The position numbers and the translations under genes were made by a program. The notes below the pieces were generated by a model. The model was not told where the DNA came from, ran no database searches, and was given only the letters and a program-made list of their open reading frames with translations. Below are positions 18,944 to 27,952 of a stretch of DNA of 32,000 nucleotides, piece by piece. Positions within the stretch are counted from its first letter, which is position 1. Every line of letters begins with the position of its first letter. This DNA is from Okeania sp. (GTDB lineage: Bacteria; Cyanobacteriota; Cyanobacteriia; Cyanobacteriales; Microcoleaceae). The stretch covers positions 1 to 32,000 of the forward strand of contig NZ_JAYKGW010000140.1 of the NCBI RefSeq assembly GCF_035285525.1, given 5' to 3'.

Positions 18944-19066
18944 TATAGCAATCTTAAATAGGTTGTAACAACAAAAAGTAAATACAAAAACTGAAGCTTG
19001 TATCTATTCCCAGCTCCCTAAAAAGCAATGAAATTTTGTACAGAATTAAAATAGGATTTCTATATA
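18944..19066. mobile_element. MITE-like element of the TATAGCAATCC family (123 bp), in the same orientation as 16887-17024.
   Basis: The left end is tatagcaatcttaaataggttgtaa and the right end is aaaataggatttctatata. Confidence 0.65.
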
Positions 19067-19184
19067 TATAGATATCCAAACTAATGTTGTAATATTTTAT
19101 TCTATGGGTTTGGTTTTTTACTTGATTTTCCCTGGGTTTACAGTTTTTTTTTGTAAATTATTTCATATTGTTATATAGATTATC

Positions 19185-19434
19185 TATAGCAATCCTATTT
19201 TATTCATTTCAAAAATATTTCTACTCTTTGGCAATAGATTAGGAAACAATAATTAATGGGTCATTTCAGTTATCAGTTATCACTGAACCTCCAACTAAAG
19301 TTGAGGGCTTGAAATACTGAGTTAAATATTTTTTATCCCCGAACAAGGGGAGGCTTTATACCTCATTTTTTGGTAAAAGTTTCAGAGTTAATTCCTCGTT
19401 TTTGAATTTTTACAACCTATTTAAAACTGCTATA
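19185..19434. mobile_element. MITE-like element of the TATAGCAATCC family (250 bp), in inverted orientation.
   Basis: The left end is tatagcaatcctatttt. The right end ttacaacctatttaaaactgctata is the reverse complement of the family's left-end type. Confidence 0.55.
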
Positions 19435-19519
19435 TTTGTTTTCCTTCTAGTAATTAAGGAAATCACAATAGTTTTTTTGTTGATAAAATACAAAAGTTGT
19501 AATTGGATTAATTATAAAA

Positions 19520-20671
19520 ATGAAAAACACTAAAGTTAGTCAAAACGAACCTATAAAAATTCAAAAAGTTGGTGTTATTGGTGGAGGTCAGTTGGCATGG
19601 ATGATGGCAGATGCAGCTAAAAACTTAGGAATAGATTTAGTTATTCAAACTCCTTATAAAGATGACCCAGCAGTATCTATAGCTAAGGATTTTATTTTGG
19701 CAAAAGTTGATGATAGTCAGGCAACTACTAAGTTGGCAAATAGTTGTGATGTGATTACTTTTGAGAATGAATTTATTAATATACATGAGTTGTCATCTTT
19801 GATTGAAAAGGATGTAATTTTTCGTCCGAGTTTATCTGTGTTGAAGCCGTTGTTAGATAAATATGAACAGTTGTGTTATTTGCAAAATTTAGGTTTGCCT
19901 GTTCCTAATTTTTGGGAGTGGGGAAAAGAAATTGAGTTTTTATCTTTTCCTCTAGTATTGAAAGCTCGTCGTCATGGTTATGACGGACAAGGTACTTTTA
20001 TTATTAAGGATATTGAAAGCTTAAAATTTCAGGGAAATTCTGAATTTTTCATACAAGAATTTATTCCTTTTGACCGAGAGGTTGCTGTTATTGCTGCTCG
20101 TTCCATAACTGGTGAAGTTAAAGTTTATTCTGTGGTAGAAACTCAACAAGAAAATCAGGTTTGTCGGCGAGTTTTTGTACCTGATAAAAATTTAGCATTA
20201 GTAACAGAAATTAAAGCGATCGCTCAAACTCTCCTCAATAGTTTAGAGGTAGTAGGAGTATTTGGAATTGAAATATTTATTACTAAAGATGAGAAAGTTT
20301 TAATTAATGAAGTTGCTCCCAGAACTCATAATTCTGGTCACTATACTTTGGATGCTTGTGAGACTTCTCAATTTGAACAACATTTACGGGCAGTTTGTGG
20401 TCTACCTTTAGGTAACACTGCTTTGAAAACTAAAGGAGCGGTGATGGTAAATTTATTGGGTTATGAATTTGGGGGAAATAACTACTTGACAAAACGGCAA
20501 ATGTTAGAACAGATTCCTAATGCTTCAGTTTGGTGGTATGGCAAAAAAGAATCTCGCCCTGGTCGCAAGTTAGGTCATGTCACAGTTTTGCTTGATGAAG
20601 AAAATTTGGAAATTATGGGTCGAGAGGGTGAAGCGATCGCTGACAAAATAGAAAAAATATGGTACAGCTAA
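19520..20671 (+). CDS. purK: 5-(carboxyamino)imidazole ribonucleotide synthase (N5-CAIR synthase).
   Basis: 383-aa ORF with the N-terminus VGVIGGGQLAWMMA and an ATP-grasp core. The C-terminal GRKLGHVT motif is typical of PurK. Confidence 0.93.
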   Translation: MKNTKVSQNEPIKIQKVGVIGGGQLAWMMADAAKNLGIDLVIQTPYKDDPAVSIAKDFILAKVDDSQATTKLANSCDVITFENEFINIHELSSLIEKDVIFRPSLSVLKPLLDKYEQLCYLQNLGLPVPNFWEWGKEIEFLSFPLVLKARRHGYDGQGTFIIKDIESLKFQGNSEFFIQEFIPFDREVAVIAARSITGEVKVYSVVETQQENQVCRRVFVPDKNLALVTEIKAIAQTLLNSLEVVGVFGIEIFITKDEKVLINEVAPRTHNSGHYTLDACETSQFEQHLRAVCGLPLGNTALKTKGAVMVNLLGYEFGGNNYLTKRQMLEQIPNASVWWYGKKESRPGRKLGHVTVLLDEENLEIMGREGEAIADKIEKIWYS

Positions 20672-20863
20672 AGCCAAATTTGTAAGATGTGTTAGACGGC
20701 TTAAATTGATACTATGAAAGAGATTGAAAAATCTTTTGTAACCTACCCTACTGAACTTTTTCAATTAAAACTGTGCATTAGCTTTTAACTTGAAAATTCT
20801 GACTTTGGACTTTTGAATTCAATTGACTTTTGAATTTTGACTTATGACTTTCAAAAAGAGGGG

Positions 20864-20891
20864 GTGACATATAAAAAATAACGGCTATAAT
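20864..20891 (+). promoter_or_regulatory. Sigma-70-type promoter for the 6S RNA candidate: -35 gtgaca (20864-20869), 16-nt spacer, -10 tataat (20886-20891).
   Basis: The hexamers were read directly. The perfect TATAAT lies 7 nt upstream of the first base of the predicted closing stem (20899). Confidence 0.6.
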
Positions 20892-20898
20892 ATTTGAT

Positions 20899-21097
20899 AG
20901 CTCCTACTGTGGCGTTGGTGACTGCCAATAATGTTTTTTTGACCTACAAATCAAAAAACATTGGGTATCTAGATGTTTGAGTGGCAGTAAACTGGGCTTG
21001 TACCCAGAAACTTTAAACTTGGACCGAGAAACCCACCTGGTGTTATCCAGGTCAAAAGCTGAGGTAAGACGGCGTTGCGGTGAGCTATCTTTTTTTT
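20899..21097 (+). ncRNA. ssrS: 6S RNA candidate (approximately 188 nt plus a T-tract).
   Basis: Rod-like fold seen by eye. The 5' agctc (20899-20903) pairs with gagct (21082-21086). The 5' ctgtggcgttg pairs with 3' cggcgttgcgg using G-U pairs. tttttgacc (20936-20944) pairs with ggtcaaaag (21050-21058). There are internal hairpins ctggg-cttgta-cccag and acctgg-tgttat-ccaggt, and a T8 tract at 21090-21097. Cyanobacterial 6S RNA (ssaA) is, as I recall, typically found next to purK. Confidence 0.72.
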
Positions 21098-21213
21098 GAA
21101 GTATGGAAGAAGGAAGAGGGAAGAAGGAGTAAATCTTAAAATAAAGAGAGAAATGATCAAGATAATTGTCGGCAATTAATTATAATTAATTTTTTCTATT
21201 ATATTGAGTATTG

Positions 21214-21517
21214 AGTAAAAAATAGACAAGCCAGAAAATATCTTTATCCTATCTTGCTCGTAAGTATTCAACTTTAAATCCACAGCTTAAAATTGTTCTA
21301 GTAAATATTCTTATCAGTCGAAAAAGTCAAGTAACTTCCTAATCAATTTTTCTGTTCTTGATATTTAGGTAGTAAAAAATAGACAAGCCAGAAAATATCT
21401 TTATCCTATTTTGCTCGTAAGTATTCAACTTTAAATCCACAGCTTAAAATTGTTCTAGTAAATATTCTTATCAGTCGAAAAAGTCAAGTAACTTCCTAAT
21501 CAATTTTTCTGTTCTTG
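21214..21517. repeat. 147-bp near-perfect duplication (21214-21360 and 21371-21517, 10-bp spacer, 1 mismatch).
   Basis: Read directly. The second copy includes the photolyase stop codon (21500-21502) and its last 5 codons, so copy 1 carries a detached duplicate of the gene's 3' end. Confidence 0.92.
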
Positions 21518-22924
21518 GTAAAGAGACTTAAACATTCGTTGTCTTTCTTTATGGTTAACAATAGGTAAAGGATAACCTGCCGCTTCTCGTTTATCCTGAG
21601 AAATTTTGCCAATAACCAAACATTCCGCATCTATACTCCTTAACTCCGAAACCCACTGCCAAATATATTCTGCTTCTGGGTCATATCTTTGTGTTTGAGA
21701 TGTGGGGTTAAATATTCTCAAAGGTTTTGGATCCATTCCACTCGAAGCACTCCACTGCCAACCTCCATTATTAGCAGAAAGATCTCCATCTATTAATTTT
21801 TGCATAAAATACTTTTCGCCCCACTGCCAATTAATAATTAAATCTTTAGTCAGAAAACTAGCGACTATCATTCGACAACGGTTGTGCATCCAACCTGTTT
21901 CATTTAACTGACGCATAGCAGCATCAACAATAGGATAACCTGTTTTGCCTTCGCACCAAGCTTGAAAATATTCTTCATTATTCTCCCAAGGAAAATTTTG
22001 CCAATGTTGTCTATAAGGACCTGTTTCTAGTTCGGGATAATGATACATAACATATTGATAAAATTCCCGCCATGCTATTTCTTTTTGCCAGGTTTCTATG
22101 TTTTGAAATGCTTCATCACTACGACAGTTTTGAATTAATTCTTGAGTTTTTTGCCAAATTGTACGAATACTAATAGTGCCAAATTTTAGAGCAGGACTTA
22201 GTTGGGATGTTCCATCAATACTGGGGAAGTCTCGTTGTTCTTGATATGAAAATATTGCTTCATTAGAAAATGTTTCTAATTTTTCTAATGCTGCTATTTC
22301 TCCAGGTTCAAGAATGAGTTGGTTTTCCCAATTAAATCCTAATTCTTTAGGAGTGGGTAAGTCAATTATTCCTATTTTTTTTGTGTGTTGAAGTTGTTCT
22401 TCAGTTAAACCTTGGAATGAGGGAATGTTAACCGGAGCTGATTTTTTTTTGCTCCTCCAATTTTTCCAGAAAGGAGTGTAGACAGTGTAAGGTTTTTTGG
22501 TTCCAGTAAATATTTCTTCTGGAGAATTAAGTAGTTGATCCCAAAAGGTTTTTACTTGAATATTTACCCCTTCTAAATTATTTCTAACTTGGCGATCGCG
22601 TTCTTTGCTGTAAGGTTCAACATCTAGGTTCCAATAGACAGCTTTTGCTTCTAAAAAAGTGGCTAATTTTGGTATGGTTTCTGTAGGTTTTCCGGAGATT
22701 ATTAATAGTTGACTTCCTATTTGTTTATAGCGTTTTTGTAAATGTTGTAAACAACCAATCATATAGGTAACTCTTGCCGGAGCAATATCGTCTCGTTTAA
22801 GAATATTTTCATCCAGGCAAAATATGCCTACTACTTTTTGAGTTTCTTCAGATGCTTTTGTCAGTCCGATATTATCTGAAATTCGTAAATCACGTCGATG
22901 CCAAAAGAGAATTAAGTTAGACAT
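21500..22924 (-). CDS. phr: Deoxyribodipyrimidine photolyase (class I CPD photolyase/cryptochrome family).
   Basis: 474-aa ORF with the N-terminus LFWHRRDLRISDN and the FAD-binding region TGYPIVDAAMRQLNETGWMHNRCRMIVASFLTKDL. Confidence 0.93.
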   Translation of the reverse strand: MSNLILFWHRRDLRISDNIGLTKASEETQKVVGIFCLDENILKRDDIAPARVTYMIGCLQHLQKRYKQIGSQLLIISGKPTETIPKLATFLEAKAVYWNLDVEPYSKERDRQVRNNLEGVNIQVKTFWDQLLNSPEEIFTGTKKPYTVYTPFWKNWRSKKKSAPVNIPSFQGLTEEQLQHTKKIGIIDLPTPKELGFNWENQLILEPGEIAALEKLETFSNEAIFSYQEQRDFPSIDGTSQLSPALKFGTISIRTIWQKTQELIQNCRSDEAFQNIETWQKEIAWREFYQYVMYHYPELETGPYRQHWQNFPWENNEEYFQAWCEGKTGYPIVDAAMRQLNETGWMHNRCRMIVASFLTKDLIINWQWGEKYFMQKLIDGDLSANNGGWQWSASSGMDPKPLRIFNPTSQTQRYDPEAEYIWQWVSELRSIDAECLVIGKISQDKREAAGYPLPIVNHKERQRMFKSLYQEQKN

Positions 22925-23471
22925 TTTGTTTTAGTTTACTGTTGGAAAAAGAAGGAATAAGGAATAAGGAAGGCAGAAAACAAGAATAATTTAGTTATAT
23001 TTTTCTGATTAAATATTAAAGCATTGATAGATAAAAGTTTTAGCAATTTTAGGTCGGAAAAAAGTACCATATTTGTGGCAAATAGAGCCTGAAAAATTTA
23101 GCATCTGGGTAAGAGTGTGGCAGAGTTGGGGAAGGGGTAATTTTTCCGATTTATCGGGAACCGTGTATCTTTTCTATAACTTCCTACTACCTAACTTAGC
23201 AAAAAAAAACTTTTTCACCAAACCCTAGTTATCTAGAAGAGAAGGAAGAAATGAATTGTATTAGCTATTTTTCAGTATATCAGAAAAAAATCTACTTTTT
23301 TTTGTAGGATTCTTTTTTCCAAATGCTATAATACCACTTTTAATAAAAGAGTAGATAAAATTCATTTCATACAGTTATCGCTATCATTTTTTCTTTTTTT
23401 TTAAATTTACACCTTTTCTCTTAGATCACTAAATTATTCACTCTTCATCCTTCATCCTTTCTCCCTCTTCC

Positions 23472-24014
23472 TTACAAAAATGATTTAGCTAAGAAAAAAC
23501 TACAGATTGATTTAGCATCTACAACCTCTCCATCTAAAATAGCCTTTTCTAACTCTTTAGGAGTCATCAAAACCGTTTCTATATCTTCATCAATATCTTG
23601 TGCTGGAGGATTTTCTAACTTCTCTAAATCTTGTGCCAAAAAAGCATAAATAAATTCATCTGAATATCCAGGAGCAAGGGGAAATTCTCCTAATTTTTGC
23701 CATTTATTGGCTCGATAACCTGTTTCTTCTTCTATCTCTCGTTTGATAGTATCAGCAGGATTTTCATTTTCCTCTATTGTACCAGCAGGAAATTCTAAAA
23801 TTCTACCTTGAACGGCAAATCTATATTGTTTTACTAATACTAATTTTCCATCTGAAGTAACAGGAATACATAAAGCGCCCCCAGGATGACGAATACATTC
23901 CCAGTCTCCTTCAACTCCATTAGGTAGACGTAAATGGTTAACTTGAAAATTAAATTTTCTGCCTTTATACAAGAGGCGTTCTTTAAGAATTTCGGGTGGT
24001 TCTTGATTTTCCAT
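23472..24014 (-). CDS. NUDIX hydrolase (ADP-ribose pyrophosphatase-like).
   Basis: 180-aa ORF. The Nudix box GTIEENENPADTIKREIEEETGY fits GX5EX7REUXEEXGU. Confidence 0.88.
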   Translation of the reverse strand: MENQEPPEILKERLLYKGRKFNFQVNHLRLPNGVEGDWECIRHPGGALCIPVTSDGKLVLVKQYRFAVQGRILEFPAGTIEENENPADTIKREIEEETGYRANKWQKLGEFPLAPGYSDEFIYAFLAQDLEKLENPPAQDIDEDIETVLMTPKELEKAILDGEVVDAKSICSFFLAKSFL

Positions 24015-24146
24015 AAAACTTAAGTAGGTTGGTAGATATAATTATATAATGAATAATGAAAACTTTCTCTAATTATCAATTAGAGTAATTTTATCCTAAA
24101 AAAGAGAGACTTTAAACCTCTAGGAATTAATTTAATTATCCATTAG

Positions 24147-24302
24147 TAAGCATTCAGCTATTAGCTACTAATTCATTATAGCTTTTGAACCAGAGTTAGT
24201 ATTGAGAGAATTAAGGAGAATTAACAGTATTGGAAAAAACTTACCTTGACGAGGAAAAGTATATTTTCATTCTGGGCGAAATAGCTAAAAGCTGAATGCT
24301 TA
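24147..24302. mobile_element. Inverted-repeat-bounded element: 21-nt IRs taagcattcagctattagcta (24147-24167) and tagctaaaagctgaatgctta (24282-24302).
   Basis: The IRs were read directly and differ by 1 mismatch. A third copy of the IR sequence lies at 9757-9778. The right IR contains the ATG (24296) that the ORF track uses as a start. Confidence 0.65.
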
Positions 24303-24331
24303 AATCAATTATTCATTATCAATTATCCATT

Positions 24332-25234
24332 ATGAAAGATTTATCTGACAATCAAACAAACATATTTAGCAAAATAATTTGGGGTATAATTGGTGGTACT
24401 GTTTGGGGTATTCTATTTTTTGCTGCTTTAGCTGGTTTATTTATCGGCATGAATCAAAATTTAACGACTATTATAAGTGCATTATTAATGGGTGTTTTGT
24501 GGTGTACAATTATCAGCTTAATTTGGAAATCATTAATGAGTAGAGAAGATGAATCTAGCAAAAATTATGTAATAGGCGGAATTGTTAGTGGTCTTCTTCT
24601 AGGTGCTGCTGTTGGAGGATTAATGTTAGCAATATTAAACCGAGATGCTAGCTTTGGTAGAGTTTATATATTAGGAGCATTTCTCGGAGGAAGTTTTGGT
24701 TTAGTTTGGAGTTTATTTAAACCTCCTATGTTGTTGGGAGGTGTGAGAATTTGGGGAATATCTGGAGCAATTTTAGGTGGAACTTGGGGTTCATTTTTTG
24801 GCTCAATTATAGGTATAGCTGCTACAGTTTGGTTAGTATTTTTAAGTCAAACAAATATTGATATTAGTAATAGTAATTCAACTCAATTATTAATAGCTGC
24901 TTTGATTTTTGGTGGTGGAAATGGTGCTATTGGTGGCATAATATCGGGAATTATATTTGGAGGATTAATTATGGCTCCTCCTTTACCTTTAGCATTAGAA
25001 TTAGTTGGCATAAGAGGTGGACTTGTTGGAGCAATTTGGGGTTCTTTTGTGACGGCGATCGCTGGAGGTATTATTAGCAGTATTTTATCTATAACTATTG
25101 GTGATGATTTATTTTTTAATCTGGGAATTAATGGTGAAATAACTTTGCTAAAAGCGATAATTATTGGCGCAGGTATTGGTACAGTTTGGGGAATGATTTC
25201 TGGTGCTTTTTGGGGTAGTTTTGGTAGATGGTAA
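24332..25234 (+). CDS. Multi-pass membrane protein rich in glycine-zipper (GxxxG / WGxxxG) motifs, of unknown function.
   Basis: The ORF opens at 24296, but that ATG lies inside a repeat IR, so ATG 24332 (MKDLSDNQ) is preferred. There are about 8 hydrophobic segments with recurring motifs such as IWGIIGGTVWG, AILGGTWGSFFGSIIG, GAIWGSFVTAIAGG and VWGMISGAFWGSFG. Confidence 0.7.
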   Translation: MKDLSDNQTNIFSKIIWGIIGGTVWGILFFAALAGLFIGMNQNLTTIISALLMGVLWCTIISLIWKSLMSREDESSKNYVIGGIVSGLLLGAAVGGLMLAILNRDASFGRVYILGAFLGGSFGLVWSLFKPPMLLGGVRIWGISGAILGGTWGSFFGSIIGIAATVWLVFLSQTNIDISNSNSTQLLIAALIFGGGNGAIGGIISGIIFGGLIMAPPLPLALELVGIRGGLVGAIWGSFVTAIAGGIISSILSITIGDDLFFNLGINGEITLLKAIIIGAGIGTVWGMISGAFWGSFGRW

Positions 25235-25592
25235 TTTTTGAAGGCAGAAGGCAGGAGGATTAGAAAGGAAGATGGAAAAATCACCTTTTAATAACTTGAT
25301 TTTGTATCATAACTTATACAAAGTCTTATAAAAAACAGGATGGATATTAGTTTAATATAGTTTTGATAAAGGGGGTGGTTTTATCTTACTAAATGTAAAA
25401 ACTCATTAATTTAACAGGGAAACCTGTCCCTACTATTGCAAAATTTGAGGTATGTTACGCTAGCGTGATTTTAGTCACTAAACTCAAACAAAAAAGGTGT
25501 TTGGAAGCCAAACCCCTATAGTTTTCTTTGACTAATTATTTAAGATTACTCAGTAGGAAAAAAGCTTCAACTTCTTACTTCTTACTTCTCCC

Positions 25593-26468
25593 TTAATTTC
25601 TAAATTTAGGGTTAACAAATTCATTCAATCCTTCCCCTAATAAAGATAACCCAATTACCATTAAAGTTAAAGCACAACCGGGAAAAAAAGCAGTCCACCA
25701 AATACCAGTTGGTAAAGCATCTAAAGCCAACCTTAAATCATTTCCCCATTCCGCAGTTTCTGGAGGTAATCCTAATCCTAAAAATCCTAATCCTCCTAAT
25801 ACTAAAACAGCATCTGCCGCATTAAGAGTAAATAATACAGGAACGCTCTGAATAACATTTAAAAATAAATAACCAGTTAAGACTCTCCAAGTATTAGCAC
25901 CCATCGCTCTTGCTGCTTCAATAAAAAGTTCTGTTTTGACACTAACTGTATGGTTTCTAACGACTCGATAATACTGAGGAACATAAGCAATACTTAAAGC
26001 GATCGCTGCATTTAAAATGCCTTTTCCTACTACAAAAGCTAAAGTTATGGAAAGTAATAATCCAGGCAAAGTATAAACAGTATCCATAAAAAATATTAAA
26101 ATTTTATCAATTCTGCCGCCAATATAACCACTTACCATTCCTAATGGTACACCAATAATTAAACTTAATAAAGTTGCTAAAATTACAACTTTCCAAGCAA
26201 CTTGTGCGCCGAATAAAGTTCGGGAAAATACATCATAACCTTGACGACTTGTACCAAACCAATGTTTGAAAGAAGGTGGTTGATGTATAGGGTTACTTAG
26301 AAATTCTTGAGGGTCTTGAATTAAGTTTATATTTTCTAATGATGGAGATAAAGTAGCAATTAATATAAATAAAATTGTAATAGTTAAACCTGCCCACATC
26401 ATCTGTGTTGAAATACTAGGTTTACTAAATAAACTGGAAGATTTTACTCGTGAAAATATACTTGTCAT
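25593..26468 (-). CDS. ABC transporter permease, DppC/OppC (peptide/nickel) type.
   Basis: 291-aa ORF with a pattern typical of DppC-family permeases: FGTSRQGYDVFSRTLFGAQV, then the EAA-loop region IEAARAMGANTWRVL. Confidence 0.88.
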   Translation of the reverse strand: MTSIFSRVKSSSLFSKPSISTQMMWAGLTITILFILIATLSPSLENINLIQDPQEFLSNPIHQPPSFKHWFGTSRQGYDVFSRTLFGAQVAWKVVILATLLSLIIGVPLGMVSGYIGGRIDKILIFFMDTVYTLPGLLLSITLAFVVGKGILNAAIALSIAYVPQYYRVVRNHTVSVKTELFIEAARAMGANTWRVLTGYLFLNVIQSVPVLFTLNAADAVLVLGGLGFLGLGLPPETAEWGNDLRLALDALPTGIWWTAFFPGCALTLMVIGLSLLGEGLNEFVNPKFRN

Positions 26469-26958
26469 AATCTGATAATTGGTTAAGTTAGGAAATATAA
26501 TTTTAGCATAAATTGAATTAAAAAAGGGAGTAGAGAGTATTTAAGGACATTCCATGGAACCTCCTTACTCTGTAAGGATAAGCAGGAAGTTATATAGGAA
26601 GTAGTTGAAAAAATAGTTCCTTAATTTTTCTGTCCTAGTTAACCTAAAATACTAAAATTCCTGAACCTGAGCAGGCTAAAAATTTCCACTTTTTCAGCTA
26701 CTAGAAAGACTGAAACTTTTTTGTATCAATACTTTTATATTTATTTAGCAGAGCAATATTTATGATTGCTATATAATTGAGAAATTAACAATGAAAAATT
26801 GATAATTAATAATTACCCATTCTTAAAAGAAGGAGATTAACTAAAAGGAAAATTTTTTTATTTATCCCCTAGGATAGGGGAGGCTTCCAGGGGTGAATTG
26901 TTGAATGAATAATTATTGACTATAAATTCTTGATTATTAATTGTTTGGTAAATGATTC

Positions 26959-27603
26959 TTACTTCTTCCTTCTTCCTTCTTCCTTACTTTTCCATACCCA
27001 ACCATTAATAGTAAAGCGACTATCTGCAAAATTTTTAGAAGGGCAATTTATTGGTAAAACTTCATGCCAATAACGACTAAGAAAGAATACAATAGTGTTA
27101 TTTTTTACTGCAATCTTTTTAAATGAGTTAGCCTGTTGATAGAGATTATTATTTATTTTTTCATCATATAAAACTAATTCTCCCCCAGAAAATTGTTTGG
27201 GTTGTTGATAAAAATAATAAACGTAGGTAATTTCTCTTTGAGCAACATTTGGTGTTCCATTATCATCATGTGCATGATAATAATTACCATGATTATGAGC
27301 TGTTACTTGTGCTTCTATTTTAGCGATAGGAAATTTTTGACGAGCGAGTTTAGCTAAAACTTGAGGTAAAACTAATTTAATTCGATTACTAATTCTAGCT
27401 TTAGAAATAGGTGCTAAATATAATACTTTTGATTTGCGAATATTGGTGTCAGTCAAGCCTGAGCTAGTGGTACTTTTTTCAAAATAAGGTTCTAGTTTAA
27501 TTGCAGATTCGAGAATTTTTTGATTTTCTGTCTGAGTTAAAAAATTCTCAATTTTTACACATTTTGATGGCAGCAGATTTTGATTATATTTGTTTCTAAA
27601 CAT
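26959..27603 (-). CDS. 2OG-Fe(II) dioxygenase (prolyl 4-hydroxylase / SM-20-related type), short paralog.
   Basis: 214-aa ORF. It has the facial triad H-x-D in YHAHDDNG, the distal His in RYWHEVLP, and the 2OG-binding Arg in DSRFTINGW. The C-terminal KEEGRRKK is encoded by a heptamer repeat. Confidence 0.82.
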   Translation of the reverse strand: MFRNKYNQNLLPSKCVKIENFLTQTENQKILESAIKLEPYFEKSTTSSGLTDTNIRKSKVLYLAPISKARISNRIKLVLPQVLAKLARQKFPIAKIEAQVTAHNHGNYYHAHDDNGTPNVAQREITYVYYFYQQPKQFSGGELVLYDEKINNNLYQQANSFKKIAVKNNTIVFFLSRYWHEVLPINCPSKNFADSRFTINGWVWKSKEEGRRKK

Positions 27604-27952
27604 AATTATTAATGTTTCTCCTTAAAAGGTGGGGTGGCGCCACCCAATTATTTTAATAAAATTGTACAACCTAAGTGCAAATTTATATAGATAGCATTTC
27701 TGAAGTTAGTGAAGTATAGTTGTTTTTCTTCTTTTATATTTCCTGCTCCTTAATACCAATTCTCATCCATTAATGCTATACTTAGGCAATACTTCAGCAA
27801 GCCCTAATTAGTAAAATTAGTAAAAGCAGAATCAATTTTTTTGCTAATTTAATATTAATTATTCTTATTTTTACCTCTCCTCCACTCCCCTACTTAATAA
27901 AATGTAGAAAAGTTTTTGAGAAATCGTGTTACTCCCTACTCCCTAAAGAAAA

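Noticed and set aside
20570-20764. 64-aa minus-strand ORF overlapping the purK 3' end
   Set aside because: It is antisense to or overlaps purK and has no support.
20969-21175. 68-aa minus-strand ORF
   Set aside because: It overlaps the 6S RNA candidate and a purine-rich heptamer tract. The RNA interpretation explains the region better.
21702-21911. 69-aa plus-strand ORF
   Set aside because: It is antisense to the photolyase gene.
24883-25284. 133-aa minus-strand ORF
   Set aside because: It is antisense to the glycine-zipper membrane protein. Its P/I-rich composition mirrors the Gly codons on the other strand.
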